From an uncultured virus (IMG/VR IMGVR_UViG_3300009180_000025) (lineage: Duplodnaviria > Heunggongvirae > Uroviricota > Caudoviricetes), in the IMG/VR virus record IMGVR_UViG_3300009180_000025: a stretch of DNA of 64,000 nucleotides. One strand, given 5' to 3'. Positions within the stretch are counted from its first letter, which is position 1; every line of letters begins with the position of its first letter. A program made the translations under genes and the position numbers. Below are positions 9,068 to 17,978 of the stretch, piece by piece. The notes below the pieces were generated by a model. The model was not told the DNA's origin, searched no databases, and saw only the letters and a program-made list of their open reading frames with translations.

Positions 9068-9250
9068 TCAGTTACCGGCCGTTTTAATCGACCAAGAACT
9101 ATGTCTGGAGATGCGGTCGATGTCATAGCGGCTAAGACCGATGTCTTGCAAGTCTCTATCCGATAAAGAATTCAACTCTTTGCGAGTACGATTTTCTTTT
9201 TCTTGACGCTGAAACCAGTTATCGATGTCTTTAAAGATTCTAATGAGCAA
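9068..9250 (-). CDS. DUF1127 (YjiS-like) small protein
   Basis: RTRKELNSLSDRDLQDIGLSRYDI; probable TTG start at 9250. Confidence 0.85.
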   Translation of the reverse strand: MLIRIFKDIDNWFQRQEKENRTRKELNSLSDRDLQDIGLSRYDIDRISRHSSWSIKTAGN

Positions 9251-9251
9251 C

Positions 9252-9746
9252 TTATTTTCCTTCAGATAGGAAAGTCTTTTCAGACTTTGATTCTTCAGTC
9301 GGTTCATCAATCTCAATCTTCTTCGACTTCTTTGAATCTGGGATGATGTTCTCGAGCCAGATCTTCAGCATGCCATTCAGAAGTTGAGCGTTTTTGATTT
9401 CTACCGTGTCTGATACGTTAAAGGTTCTTGAGAAAGCGCGGTCGGCGATTCCCTTATAAAGATAGTGACCACCTTCTTGATCGGATTCAATCCTACCCAT
9501 AATCGTAAGAGTTCCATCGTTAATCTCGACGTCGAGGTGTTGCTTACCAAAACCTGCTACTGCAATTTCGATAACGTACTTGTTCTCGTCTAACTTAACA
9601 ATGTTGTATGGCGGGTAATTGGGCAGAGACCTGGAGATTGATTGAGAAATCTCATTAAATCTTTTTACGATTGGCTCATAGCCAACAAAGTATCTAGAAT
9701 CAAAGAATTTAGTGTGAAGCAAATTAGATGCATTGATGTCAGTCAT
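9252..9746 (-). CDS. hsp20: Small heat-shock protein (Hsp20/IbpA-like)
   Basis: NYPPYNI, IAVAGF, YLYKGIADRAFSRTF, A..NGML. Confidence 0.95.
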   Translation of the reverse strand: MTDINASNLLHTKFFDSRYFVGYEPIVKRFNEISQSISRSLPNYPPYNIVKLDENKYVIEIAVAGFGKQHLDVEINDGTLTIMGRIESDQEGGHYLYKGIADRAFSRTFNVSDTVEIKNAQLLNGMLKIWLENIIPDSKKSKKIEIDEPTEESKSEKTFLSEGK

Positions 9747-9750
9747 ATAG

Positions 9751-9800
9751 ACCTCCTATTAAGCAAGGTTGATGTTTCAGTGGTTCCATTAGGCAACCAC
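9751..9800 (-). promoter_or_regulatory. ROSE-like RNA thermometer in the hsp20 5' UTR
   Basis: Two hairpins; the 3' one is ACCTTGCT-TAAT-AGGAGGT and pairs the SD. Confidence 0.7.
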
Positions 9801-9806
9801 TCGTTA

Positions 9807-9835
9807 TATATAATACCTTTTGGTCAAAATGTCAA
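9807..9835 (-). promoter_or_regulatory. Promoter TTGACA-N17-TATATA for hsp20
   Basis: Read directly; predicted +1 falls at the start of the first hairpin. Confidence 0.55.
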
Positions 9836-9844
9836 TAGTAACCA

Positions 9845-10333
9845 TTAATTTTTTGAATACCGCCATGTCACTACGTCGTCGTAATTCTTCTGAGGCCAGT
9901 CTTTATAATAGCCCTGCTTAGTGAGTTGTTCAGACGCTCTGTTTAATTTTGATAGTTTCTGTATAGCAATAAAACCCCATTTGCCGTGATTCATATTTTC
10001 GCCAAATAGAATCTCATCTTTCTCTGGATGGTCTTCAAGAGCTACTAAGTCGCGCGGCATCATTTCAGCATTTGCTTCTTTCGTAAGATTCTCTAGAACA
10101 TCGAATGGAATTGAACCTTTCGAGAATCCAATGACAGAAACTTCTTTCTCTAACTTGAAATCACTATAAATCTCAATCAGTTCATCGACTGAGTTTATAA
10201 AATACCATTCTATATTGTCACTAATTAAAGCACTCTTTGCAAATGGACACGGGATAGCTTTCATATTTTCATTGTAAACGCTAACCCAATCAATTATCCA
10301 TTTACCAATATCTTCTTTAAATTCAGTAATCAA
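9845..10333 (-). CDS. DUF1415-like hypothetical protein
   Basis: IPCPFAK and EDHP motifs. Confidence 0.55.
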   Translation of the reverse strand: MITEFKEDIGKWIIDWVSVYNENMKAIPCPFAKSALISDNIEWYFINSVDELIEIYSDFKLEKEVSVIGFSKGSIPFDVLENLTKEANAEMMPRDLVALEDHPEKDEILFGENMNHGKWGFIAIQKLSKLNRASEQLTKQGYYKDWPQKNYDDVVTWRYSKN

Positions 10334-10436
10334 TTTGTGATCCTTTTAGATAAATACATTTGTGATGAGATTTGATTTTATAGATCATGTTTAGTTATAC
10401 TATAACAAATATGATTTAAATCAAAGGAATGATTAA

Positions 10437-10772
10437 ATGACTAAAGCGCTTGAAAAAGATTCAAAATATAACAAACACGATGCTAATGGCGACGGTATTG
10501 TTAGCGATGAAGAAATGACAAAAATAGAAAAGTTAGTTGAGTTTGAGGAAAAGATGGCTGAGTTTGAAAATAAAGACAAAAAAGAAGACCAACTTCGCCA
10601 TATGGCTTGGATGGCAATGGCAAGCATGGTTTTATTTACCGGTATTCTTTTCTCTCCAATCATATCTATCGAAAAACTTGACGCTCTTGGTGCTATCATT
10701 CAAATGTTCTACATCGCCCAAGCCGGCGTAGTAGCTACATTCTTTGGTGCTAATGCTTACATCAGTAAGTAA
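10437..10772 (+). CDS. Membrane protein with EF-hand-like loop (holin-like topology)
   Basis: DANGDGIVSDEE, two TM helices, AAGGA SD, GATAAATA at 10349. Confidence 0.6.
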   Translation: MTKALEKDSKYNKHDANGDGIVSDEEMTKIEKLVEFEEKMAEFENKDKKEDQLRHMAWMAMASMVLFTGILFSPIISIEKLDALGAIIQMFYIAQAGVVATFFGANAYISK

Positions 10773-11813
10773 TCACCGTACGAATTGCTTCTCGAAGTGG
10801 TCATGATTTACTGAACAGGTCTTGGCGCACATCATCAACTTTCCTTCGGCAATTGATGGTGCGCCCCAAGATTTTTCAATCTTTTCGAAGAAACCGCTTT
10901 CAAAAACTCCCCTGATGCCATGAACTTTGGCACTAATTTCATCTTTATCATCGATGATATGTTTGAAAAGTGGACTGTCTTTATAGTTTTCAACTTCTGA
11001 ATCATACATCGCAGGTCCGCCTAGCCAACAGCATGGGACCACTAAACCTTCGGCGCTGATATACAGAGACTTCTGTTTAACAACTTTACAGCCAATCTTA
11101 GTATTGTCTAAGAACTCATCCCAACTTCCAAATTTTTCTATTGCTTGATTTTTAAATTCGTTTACTTCATGAACGAATTCTTTCTTCTGTGGTTGACTCA
11201 GGTTCTTATAAGACATCTTTCCAGCAGGCCAGCGATTTGTACGCTTGGGGATGAAAGACTTAACACCAAGTTTTTTAGCTAATTCTCGTGCTTCTTCAAC
11301 CTGGTGTTCGTTGTGCTTAAAGACAAGAAAGTGCCATTCGGCGTTTCCACCGGCACCAATAAAAGATTCCATAGCATTAATAACACGATCCCATTGAACG
11401 TTTTCACGATAAATGTGATTGGTGTCTTCGAGTCCATCTACAGAAAAAGTTACTCCTCCTCTGTATAATACGGAGGCTAAGTCTTTCCACCAGTCTGAGT
11501 TGCGCGCACCACCATTCGTAAACATACTTAAATTCATCGATGGATTGGTATACCTGAAGTGTTCGAACACTTCAAGCGTATCTTTAGCCATGATAGGATC
11601 GCCATAGTTGCCGCACATAAACATTATTGAAAGTTGCTTAATGAAATCTTTTTCAAAGATATCTTTGCAATCTTGAAGTGTCAGTTCGCTGTTCGTAAGA
11701 TGCTGCAGCATAGAACCATTAGGCCCACGATTTCTAGCGCACATTGAACAACCTGCCTGACACTTCTCAGTTATCTCGAGGTGCAGTGTTTTTATGTCTT
11801 CATACTTATACAT
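10773..11813 (-). CDS. Radical SAM protein with SPASM/twitch-type C-terminus
   Basis: CQAGCSMC, CGNYGDP, TNGG, SVDG, PCCW, CAKTC. Confidence 0.9.
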   Translation of the reverse strand: MYKYEDIKTLHLEITEKCQAGCSMCARNRGPNGSMLQHLTNSELTLQDCKDIFEKDFIKQLSIMFMCGNYGDPIMAKDTLEVFEHFRYTNPSMNLSMFTNGGARNSDWWKDLASVLYRGGVTFSVDGLEDTNHIYRENVQWDRVINAMESFIGAGGNAEWHFLVFKHNEHQVEEARELAKKLGVKSFIPKRTNRWPAGKMSYKNLSQPQKKEFVHEVNEFKNQAIEKFGSWDEFLDNTKIGCKVVKQKSLYISAEGLVVPCCWLGGPAMYDSEVENYKDSPLFKHIIDDKDEISAKVHGIRGVFESGFFEKIEKSWGAPSIAEGKLMMCAKTCSVNHDHFEKQFVR

Positions 11814-11825
11814 TAACGGTCAAAT

Positions 11826-12011
11826 TCATGCTGCCTTCACGTTAAAGTTAAAGAATTGACCATCGCGGTTTAGCTTACTAACCGCAGCAACCCAATCGTT
11901 TGCATCTCTTTCAGAGATAAAGTGTAGTCGATCCTTAATGGTCAAAGCTTTCAAGTTTCCTTTGTTAAAGTACTTTTCGAACTCTACCACGTACTTATAA
12001 GTAAGCATCAA
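11826..12011 (-). CDS. Hypothetical early protein
   Basis: GGAG SD, consensus promoter upstream. Confidence 0.6.
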   Translation of the reverse strand: MMLTYKYVVEFEKYFNKGNLKALTIKDRLHFISERDANDWVAAVSKLNRDGQFFNFNVKAA

Positions 12012-12041
12012 GTATCTCCATACTGTATTTCTATATATCTC

Positions 12042-12070
12042 ATTATACTGCAGTGAGATATAATTGTCAA
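12042..12070 (-). promoter_or_regulatory. Consensus promoter TTGACA-N17-TATAAT overlapped by an inverted repeat
   Basis: TATATCTCA (12034-12042) / TGAGATATA (12054-12062). Confidence 0.8.
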
Positions 12071-12078
12071 CTAAAAAA

Positions 12079-12154
12079 TGGTAGACGGGGTAGGATTTGA
12101 ACCTACGATCGAGGCGTTATGAGCGCCCAGCTTTTACCACTAAGCTACCCGTCC
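12079..12154 (-). tRNA. tRNA with CAT anticodon (elongator Met or Ile2)
   Basis: Cloverleaf, loop CTCATAA, CCA end. Confidence 0.9.
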
Positions 12155-12167
12155 AAAGATTTTCAGT

Positions 12168-12410
12168 TTACCGTCCGGGTGGGAAAGACGCCATGTAACT
12201 GGCGTATTGTTCTTTAGTCATGAAATATTCAATAATTTTTTCAAAAGCCACGATCATACTATCCAACTCTTCTTGAGTGTCATATACTAACTGCAGATCG
12301 CGTCGATCTTCGCGAAGGTGATCATAAGATCGCTTGAGTTCATCCAAAACGATTTCATCAATTTGATCATAGTTAAGTTCAAATGTAAGTTTAGTCATCA
12401 TTTGCTCCAT
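12168..12410 (-). CDS. Hypothetical protein
   Basis: TAATG coupling to the upstream gene. Confidence 0.6.
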   Translation of the reverse strand: MEQMMTKLTFELNYDQIDEIVLDELKRSYDHLREDRRDLQLVYDTQEELDSMIVAFEKIIEYFMTKEQYASYMASFPPGR

Positions 12411-13375
12411 TAAGCTGCTTCTGAAAAGTTTGCAAATTCTACTGCAGATTCAAGCGCTTTGATCTTGCGCTGGCGATTCTGTCCGTACCAAGCCGACTTG
12501 AGTCGTGAGTCTGCTGAGTGACCAAGGAGGTGGTCAGTGGTGTAAGTGACTGCGTTGAAAGCCTGCCACCAAGAACCGGCGCCATATTCGTGGCCAGGTT
12601 GAGTCTCAAGAATTTCTAGAGCCTGAGAAGCGGGGCGCGAAAGAGGAATATCAGCGCCATATTCCTCTTTAATATCATTCTTAGACATCGATGGGAAGAT
12701 CTCACGCAGATATTCAGTCACGGTGTCAGTAGTAATTTTCTTTGTCGAGAGGTATTTTGCTACATCGACATAGGTACCCATTTGCTTACTAGCCATGCCA
12801 AGTGTATTCTTGACCATCTCAGCGTCAAACTTGCTGCGGTGGTTCAGGCGAACCATCATATCAGAAGTGCCTTTAAGAGCCATAGTCAGTGTGTTATTGC
12901 AGACTACTCGAATACCAGTAAAGCGAATGTCCACACACTTCCCGTAAGTGTGCGGGTTCGAGAACAAGAGGTAGGGTTCTACACGATCGCCGCTGACAAT
13001 CTCAAAAGACTCTTTGATTTTAGCAAGAGCCCAGACGCTTTTGCCGCCATCGAGCGAACCAGCCGTATGCATCTCCATGCCGCCTTCCATAACGAAGTCG
13101 TTGAAGAATTCGAAAGCCTGATGGTTCTGAACAGGTTCCCATTCGCCTGAAACTGTTGTCAAGACTTTATGGTCTGACGAACGAATGAGCGCGTAGTCAG
13201 ATGTTGGGATAAGTTCGTCTTTATACTCACAGAAGGTTGGAACCTTCTCAACAGTCCAGTCAAGACCAGCTTTCTTAAGCATCATGTCAGGCGTAAGCTC
13301 ATTATGCACAGGAACTCCAAGTCCGTGCCAGGGGGTTTCGCCAGCATATGCCATAGTTTCTACTAGGTGTGCCAT
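12410..13375 (-). CDS. DUF932 family phage/plasmid protein
   Basis: ETPWHGLG, TAGSLDGGK.VW, IRVVCNNTL, FNAVT. Confidence 0.9.
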   Translation of the reverse strand: MAHLVETMAYAGETPWHGLGVPVHNELTPDMMLKKAGLDWTVEKVPTFCEYKDELIPTSDYALIRSSDHKVLTTVSGEWEPVQNHQAFEFFNDFVMEGGMEMHTAGSLDGGKSVWALAKIKESFEIVSGDRVEPYLLFSNPHTYGKCVDIRFTGIRVVCNNTLTMALKGTSDMMVRLNHRSKFDAEMVKNTLGMASKQMGTYVDVAKYLSTKKITTDTVTEYLREIFPSMSKNDIKEEYGADIPLSRPASQALEILETQPGHEYGAGSWWQAFNAVTYTTDHLLGHSADSRLKSAWYGQNRQRKIKALESAVEFANFSEAA

Positions 13376-13436
13376 TATGTATTTCCCGTGTATGATGTTT
13401 TGTTGTCGACGTTAACGTATGATTTTTCGAAATACA

Positions 13437-13715
13437 TTACGCTGCCTCCAACATTTGAAGTGGAACCGTATAGTTGATGCGCTTCGGGCTGGTGACCTCG
13501 ACAGTCGCTTTTTTGATTTTGATGGCTTTGATCACACCGGCATAAGTGATGCCACCATGTGAAAACTTAACTTGCATTCCAGGTGCCATGGCACGCTTTG
13601 CTGCTTGAGCCAAGGTATCACGGCGAGCAGCCGTTGCATCGTAAATCTTGTGAAGATCTTCGTTGGAAGCTTTCGACAAGATGTAGGAGATAGCGAGCGC
13701 GAGATCTTTATTCAT
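13437..13715 (-). CDS. Hypothetical early protein (SH3/KOW-like C-terminus)
   Basis: Follows the conserved leader; start trimmed to the second Met. Confidence 0.6.
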   Translation of the reverse strand: MNKDLALAISYILSKASNEDLHKIYDATAARRDTLAQAAKRAMAPGMQVKFSHGGITYAGVIKAIKIKKATVEVTSPKRINYTVPLQMLEAA

Positions 13716-13775
13716 GGTGGTTTCCTTTTCCATACCTTACTCTTAGATACTATCAAAGTTTCAACAGAATGTCAA
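13713..13775 (-). repeat. Early promoter/leader cassette copy 1 (TTGACA-N17-TAGTAT-CTAAGAGTAAGGTATGGAAAAGGAAACCACCATG)
   Basis: Near-identical to 30482-30544; related to the copies at 14328 and 18991. Confidence 0.85.
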
Positions 13776-13797
13776 CCATTATTTTTGAAAAAAATGA

Positions 13798-14073
13798 TTA
13801 TGCGGTGTTTTTTTCAAAAGCAATGTCAGGATGATTGTAACCATAAGTATCACGAGTACCCATCAAATCTTTCTGTTGTATATGTGACTTCATGGCCCGC
13901 GCGGTACCAAATATTTTACGCACGATCTGAGGCTGTGTCACAGTCAAATTCATCACGGAGTTTTTCAGCACATCTCGGTATTCTTTCGGAAGTGCATCAT
14001 AGAGTTCCATAGTACGTTGTAGAGTAGATTTTTTTACTATATACTCAGATTTTCCGTTATTGTTCACAGCCAC
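13798..14073 (-). CDS. Hypothetical protein
   Basis: ORF within an early operon. Confidence 0.55.
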   Translation of the reverse strand: MAVNNNGKSEYIVKKSTLQRTMELYDALPKEYRDVLKNSVMNLTVTQPQIVRKIFGTARAMKSHIQQKDLMGTRDTYGYNHPDIAFEKNTA

Positions 14074-14330
14074 GATGATTGGTTCCTTTTCAAGTTCTTA
14101 TACATTGCTTCGCGACGTTCTTTTTCTGCTTTCACCAATTCGTGGGGGTAAAAGTCTTCGCGAACAAAATGATCATACCAGATGCGATCCTCATCGCGGT
14201 CGGTCTCATCCATGTAACCTACTAGTTCACCTTTATGATATAGGCAATTGTCACCATGAGCAGTGAAGTCGTTCTTCTTCTGGACCACGTAAAGTTGATA
14301 TCCAGTCACTAGTAGAAATTTCTTTTCCAT
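14064..14330 (-). CDS. Hypothetical early protein
   Basis: GGAG SD inside the cassette leader; start MEKKF. Confidence 0.6.
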   Translation of the reverse strand: MEKKFLLVTGYQLYVVQKKNDFTAHGDNCLYHKGELVGYMDETDRDEDRIWYDHFVREDFYPHELVKAEKERREAMYKNLKRNQSSWL

Positions 14331-14417
14331 GGTTTCTCCATATACCTTACTTCTAGATACTATCAAACTTTTGATAGATTGTACACAGAAAAATGTAGTT
14401 CTAACAAAAATATTTTA
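14328..14417 (-). repeat. Early promoter/leader cassette copy 2 (TGTACA-N17-TAGTAT)
   Basis: Shares the leader and ~40 bp of upstream sequence with 18991-19076. Confidence 0.8.
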
Positions 14418-14547
14418 TGCAATAGAAACAATAGTTTATATGTTCATTTTTTTACAGAGACCAAAAATGATAAATATCAATGGCATGATGGGCTTGTCAT
14501 CATTTCAAGTACTTTGCGATGAATATTATTCAACAATGAGGAAAGAC

Positions 14548-15090
14548 ATGAAAAAAATACTTCTAGCAATTACTATATCAATATTGGGTTCAGCTGCGCT
14601 TGGTCAGGCGAATGATCCAATAGTTACTGAGTCTACTTCAACTGTCGACTCAACTTCACAAACTACTGTTAACTCCCCTCCCCCGACTGCTGCTTCACCA
14701 TCGATAAACTCGACTAATAGTGACCTTTGCCTTACTGGAACTTCAGGTGCTGTACAGACTCAGATTCTAGGCGTCTCAGGTGGTTCTACAACAATCGACC
14801 CAACCTGCGAACGTTTAAAGATATCTAAAACCCTGTATGACATGGGTATGAAAGTGGCAGCTGTAGGTGTTATGTGTCAAGACCCACGGGTGTTTGAAGC
14901 CATGATCAATGCAGGTACGCCCTGCCCAGTCAATGGCATGATTGGTCCAGAAGCTTTGGCTGCATGGAATGAGAAGCCTGAGATGAAGCCAGAAACAATT
15001 GAGGGAGCGATAAAAAGAAATGAAGGCAGTTCAAAACTACTTCTTCCTATTCTTGCTATTGTGGTTGCTGCCGCTCTCGCAACCAACTAA
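14548..15090 (+). CDS. Exported Cys-containing protein with C-terminal membrane anchor
   Basis: Signal peptide MKKILLAI, Ser/Thr-rich linker, CERLKISKTLYDMGMKVAAV...AGTPCP. Confidence 0.7.
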   Translation: MKKILLAITISILGSAALGQANDPIVTESTSTVDSTSQTTVNSPPPTAASPSINSTNSDLCLTGTSGAVQTQILGVSGGSTTIDPTCERLKISKTLYDMGMKVAAVGVMCQDPRVFEAMINAGTPCPVNGMIGPEALAAWNEKPEMKPETIEGAIKRNEGSSKLLLPILAIVVAAALATN

Positions 15091-16810
15091 CGCTCAGACT
15101 ACCGTCGATCCAATCACAGGGCAGGTATCGATTGTTATCGATCCTGCCACTGGCCAAACTCTGAACATTACTCAGAATCAGCCTTTAGATGAAATCAAAA
15201 ACAATCCTACAGCAACCAACGTTAGTCCGTGGTTAGGAGACGATGGTAGAATAAATTTAACTCTGCCATTTCAGTTTGAATATTACGGTGAACAATTCAA
15301 TCACGTCTGGATGATGTCTAATGGCGTTCTTAGCTTCACCGGCAATGGTGGTGGTTATTGTTGTAATGGTGAAGATATATCGGCGATGGCAGACGCTGGT
15401 CAGACGCAACACAACTATATTATCGCCGCGGCTTGGAGTGATTTATTCACTTTAGGACAGAATGCATATTATCTGGGCACACAAGAAAGCGCTACCTTTG
15501 GTTGGTATGGCGTATTCGAATATTACGATCCGAATAATCTAAACAGTTTCGAAATAGAACTATATAGTTCTGGTAACATAGACTTGCGTTATGGCGGCAT
15601 AGATATTGTTAATCATAATGTGTCAGCCGGAATCACAGGTGACTTATCACAGGGCGAATACGTTGATCTTTATTATGGTCAGGGATTCAGTCTTGGAAGT
15701 CCTATTAATCCAGATTCAGGTGAAGGACCCGATCCATGTGATTCGAATCCTTTATCATCACCGTCCTGTTCTGGTTATCAACAGGCGTACTATAGTCAAC
15801 AATGTTCGATAAGTGCACTATATGACACGGGCTGTCCTGGTTATCAGGCGGCCTATTACAACCAACAGTGCTCAATTAGTCCATTGTATGATGTTGGTTG
15901 TCCTGGTTATCAATCAGCATATTATAACCAACAGTGCTCACTCAACGCTCTATACGATTCTGGTTGTCCTGGTTATCAGGTGGCCTATTACAACCAACAG
16001 TGCTCAATTAGTCCATTGTATGATGTTGGGTGCGATGGATACGAACAAGCATATTACAACCAGCGGTGTTCGAATAATGCTCTCTATGATGTTGGTTGTA
16101 CTGGTTATGCAGCAGCGCTTTTCCAACAAAATTGTTCTGCAGATCAATTGTTTGATTCAGAGTGTCCTGGATTTTCTATAGCTATGGCAATGAAAATAGC
16201 TCAAGAACAGCAGGAGAAAATGTTTGAACAGGAATTTGCAGTTAGTTTAACTGCAATAGAAAACGTTGCAGAAACTACTGGCGATCCAGTACTCGATCAA
16301 CTATTATCTATACTTCCAGAACCAATTGAGTTAGCTTCTATGCAAGATGAAATTGTTCAAACCATAGTCGTAGAACAAATAGCCGCATCTGAACCTATGG
16401 AAGAACCAACCTCAGAAGATCAAGTTGCTGCGGAAGAAATGATGGCAGAACTTGTTGGTGAAAAATCTTCAGATGGAGAAGACAAATCAACAACTGGCGA
16501 AAAGCCAAGCGCTGAGAAGCAAAAAGCTGCGGTTGCTGCTAAAATAGCTGAGTTGAAAAAAGAAATGGCGAGTGGTGAAATGTCAGCTAAAGATGTTGCT
16601 GCTATCCAAGCTCAAATATCGATGCTTCTGGCTTTCGTCCCTGGTTTCGATCAATATTATATAGTCATGCCCGATTCCCCGTTCTATCAACAAGAACAGG
16701 CGTATAAGAATGTAACTATACCGGATAGCAAAAACTCTGCCCGTCTTGGTTTAGCATCTGAAATGAAATTCAATGAAATGGTTCAAATGCAATACAACAG
16801 GAGAAAATAA
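15020..16810 (+). CDS. Exported protein with NIDO-like domain and 22-aa Cys repeats
   Basis: Signal peptide; LPFQFEYYG..F...WMMSNGVLSF; seven C-x9-C repeats. Confidence 0.75.
   Translation: MKAVQNYFFLFLLLWLLPLSQPTNAQTTVDPITGQVSIVIDPATGQTLNITQNQPLDEIKNNPTATNVSPWLGDDGRINLTLPFQFEYYGEQFNHVWMMSNGVLSFTGNGGGYCCNGEDISAMADAGQTQHNYIIAAAWSDLFTLGQNAYYLGTQESATFGWYGVFEYYDPNNLNSFEIELYSSGNIDLRYGGIDIVNHNVSAGITGDLSQGEYVDLYYGQGFSLGSPINPDSGEGPDPCDSNPLSSPSCSGYQQAYYSQQCSISALYDTGCPGYQAAYYNQQCSISPLYDVGCPGYQSAYYNQQCSLNALYDSGCPGYQVAYYNQQCSISPLYDVGCDGYEQAYYNQRCSNNALYDVGCTGYAAALFQQNCSADQLFDSECPGFSIAMAMKIAQEQQEKMFEQEFAVSLTAIENVAETTGDPVLDQLLSILPEPIELASMQDEIVQTIVVEQIAASEPMEEPTSEDQVAAEEMMAELVGEKSSDGEDKSTTGEKPSAEKQKAAVAAKIAELKKEMASGEMSAKDVAAIQAQISMLLAFVPGFDQYYIVMPDSPFYQQEQAYKNVTIPDSKNSARLGLASEMKFNEMVQMQYNRRK
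15737..16172 (+). repeat. 66-bp (22-aa) tandem repeat, about 7 units, with a 132-bp higher-order duplication
   Basis: Identical 48-mer at 15850 and 15982. Confidence 0.9.
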
Positions 16811-17346
16811 TGTCCATAGTGCCCGACGAAGATATTTCTTTAGAAGAAAAAGTTGCTAACACTGAGTTTAGCATCGGCAAATACAAAATGACCCCGATGA
16901 AAATCATCGGAGTCATAACATTCATTTCAACTATACTTGGTTTCTTGTATGGTGCGTTTGAAGTTTATAAAGACTATACGAATATGAAAGAACAGATCCA
17001 GAGTTATGTTGCTCCAGATCTGTCTTCATTTCAAGAACAAATCTCTGTGCTCGATGCCAATATGAAGAAGTTACAGGAGTCTGTGATTGAAGCCCGTGAC
17101 TACACCCGTGACATTAAAGTTGACTTGAAAGGTGACATCGACCGTATCGAGTCAGTGGTTGACAAGACTGAACAACGTGTTAAAGATTCAGAAGCTGACG
17201 TAAGAGCTATGATTGACCTTGCAGAGACTCGCTTTGATACTAAGCGCGATCAACTCTCGTCTCAGACTGAAAGCAAACTGCGTTCAATTGAAGACGATCT
17301 GAATAACAAGATTCAGACTGCTTTAGATAATCCTTTAGCGCAGTAA
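16810..17346 (+). CDS. Single-TM coiled-coil protein
   Basis: TM IIGVITFISTILGFLYGAF followed by a heptad-rich region; TAATG coupling. Confidence 0.7.
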   Translation: MSIVPDEDISLEEKVANTEFSIGKYKMTPMKIIGVITFISTILGFLYGAFEVYKDYTNMKEQIQSYVAPDLSSFQEQISVLDANMKKLQESVIEARDYTRDIKVDLKGDIDRIESVVDKTEQRVKDSEADVRAMIDLAETRFDTKRDQLSSQTESKLRSIEDDLNNKIQTALDNPLAQ

Positions 17347-17667
17347 TCAATATTTAAGATAAGGGTGGACTTCCTCTTCATCACTAAGTTTGAAGCGAAC
17401 TCGATTTTTCAAAGCGTCTTTAGCTTGCTTGTGTTCATATGCTACTTCTCTTACATCAGGATGTAAAGATATAATCAGTGCCATAAAAGCAGCAATCAAT
17501 GCCTCTGCTCGTATCGCAAGCCAAAATATCATAACAAACTCATGCGTGAACAAAAACTTAATATCCCAAAATAGAAATGCAAATGCCAATGGAAACATCG
17601 CAGACATTAAAGCTATCGTACCAAAGATTGCAGAAAATACCATTAAGAAAGTTTTTACTCGAGTCAT
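17347..17667 (-). CDS. Hypothetical membrane protein
   Basis: Hydrophobic segments; AGGAG SD. Confidence 0.55.
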   Translation of the reverse strand: MTRVKTFLMVFSAIFGTIALMSAMFPLAFAFLFWDIKFLFTHEFVMIFWLAIRAEALIAAFMALIISLHPDVREVAYEHKQAKDALKNRVRFKLSDEEEVHPYLKY

Positions 17668-17677
17668 TCTATTTCTC

Positions 17678-17806
17678 CTATACGCTAACACGAACCCAAT
17701 AATGGGTCTTTGAAGTTAATTCTACCCACCAGTCATTCAATAGGTCATTCATGTGTGTGTAGTGAGCTTCTGTGAAACTCTTATCTTTGGTTCTTACGGC
17801 AAACAT
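17678..17806 (-). CDS. Small hypothetical protein (MFAVRTKD...)
   Basis: GGAG SD before the ATG at 17806. Confidence 0.45.
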   Translation of the reverse strand: MFAVRTKDKSFTEAHYTHMNDLLNDWWVELTSKTHYWVRVSV

Positions 17807-17807
17807 T

Positions 17808-17978
17808 TTACTTCTCCGTAGCAGGGTGCAAGTGTATAGAATCAACGCGGTACGCATAATCATCGTACATTTTATCGAGTTCGTCAACATACTTACTAGC
17901 ATCGACGTGGTTGTCAAATGCGGCGACCGCATTAACAAATTGTGTTTGGCGGTAATACCGCATTACTACATAGATCAT
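17808..17978 (-). CDS. Small hypothetical protein (MIYVVMRYY..., 56 aa; not in ORF track)
   Basis: Manual translation; ATGA overlap with the upstream gene. Confidence 0.55.
   Translation of the reverse strand: MIYVVMRYYRQTQFVNAVAAFDNHVDASKYVDELDKMYDDYAYRVDSIHLHPATEK

Noticed and set aside
13716..13733. Shared N-terminal peptide MEKETTM (also 30485-30502) as a targeting signal
   Set aside because: Better explained as the conserved SD-containing leader; the second ATG has the proper SD spacing.
15737..16172. Regular 66-bp repeats as a possible CRISPR array or DGR repeat pair
   Set aside because: They are in-frame coding repeats with no unique spacers, and no cas or reverse transcriptase gene is in the window.
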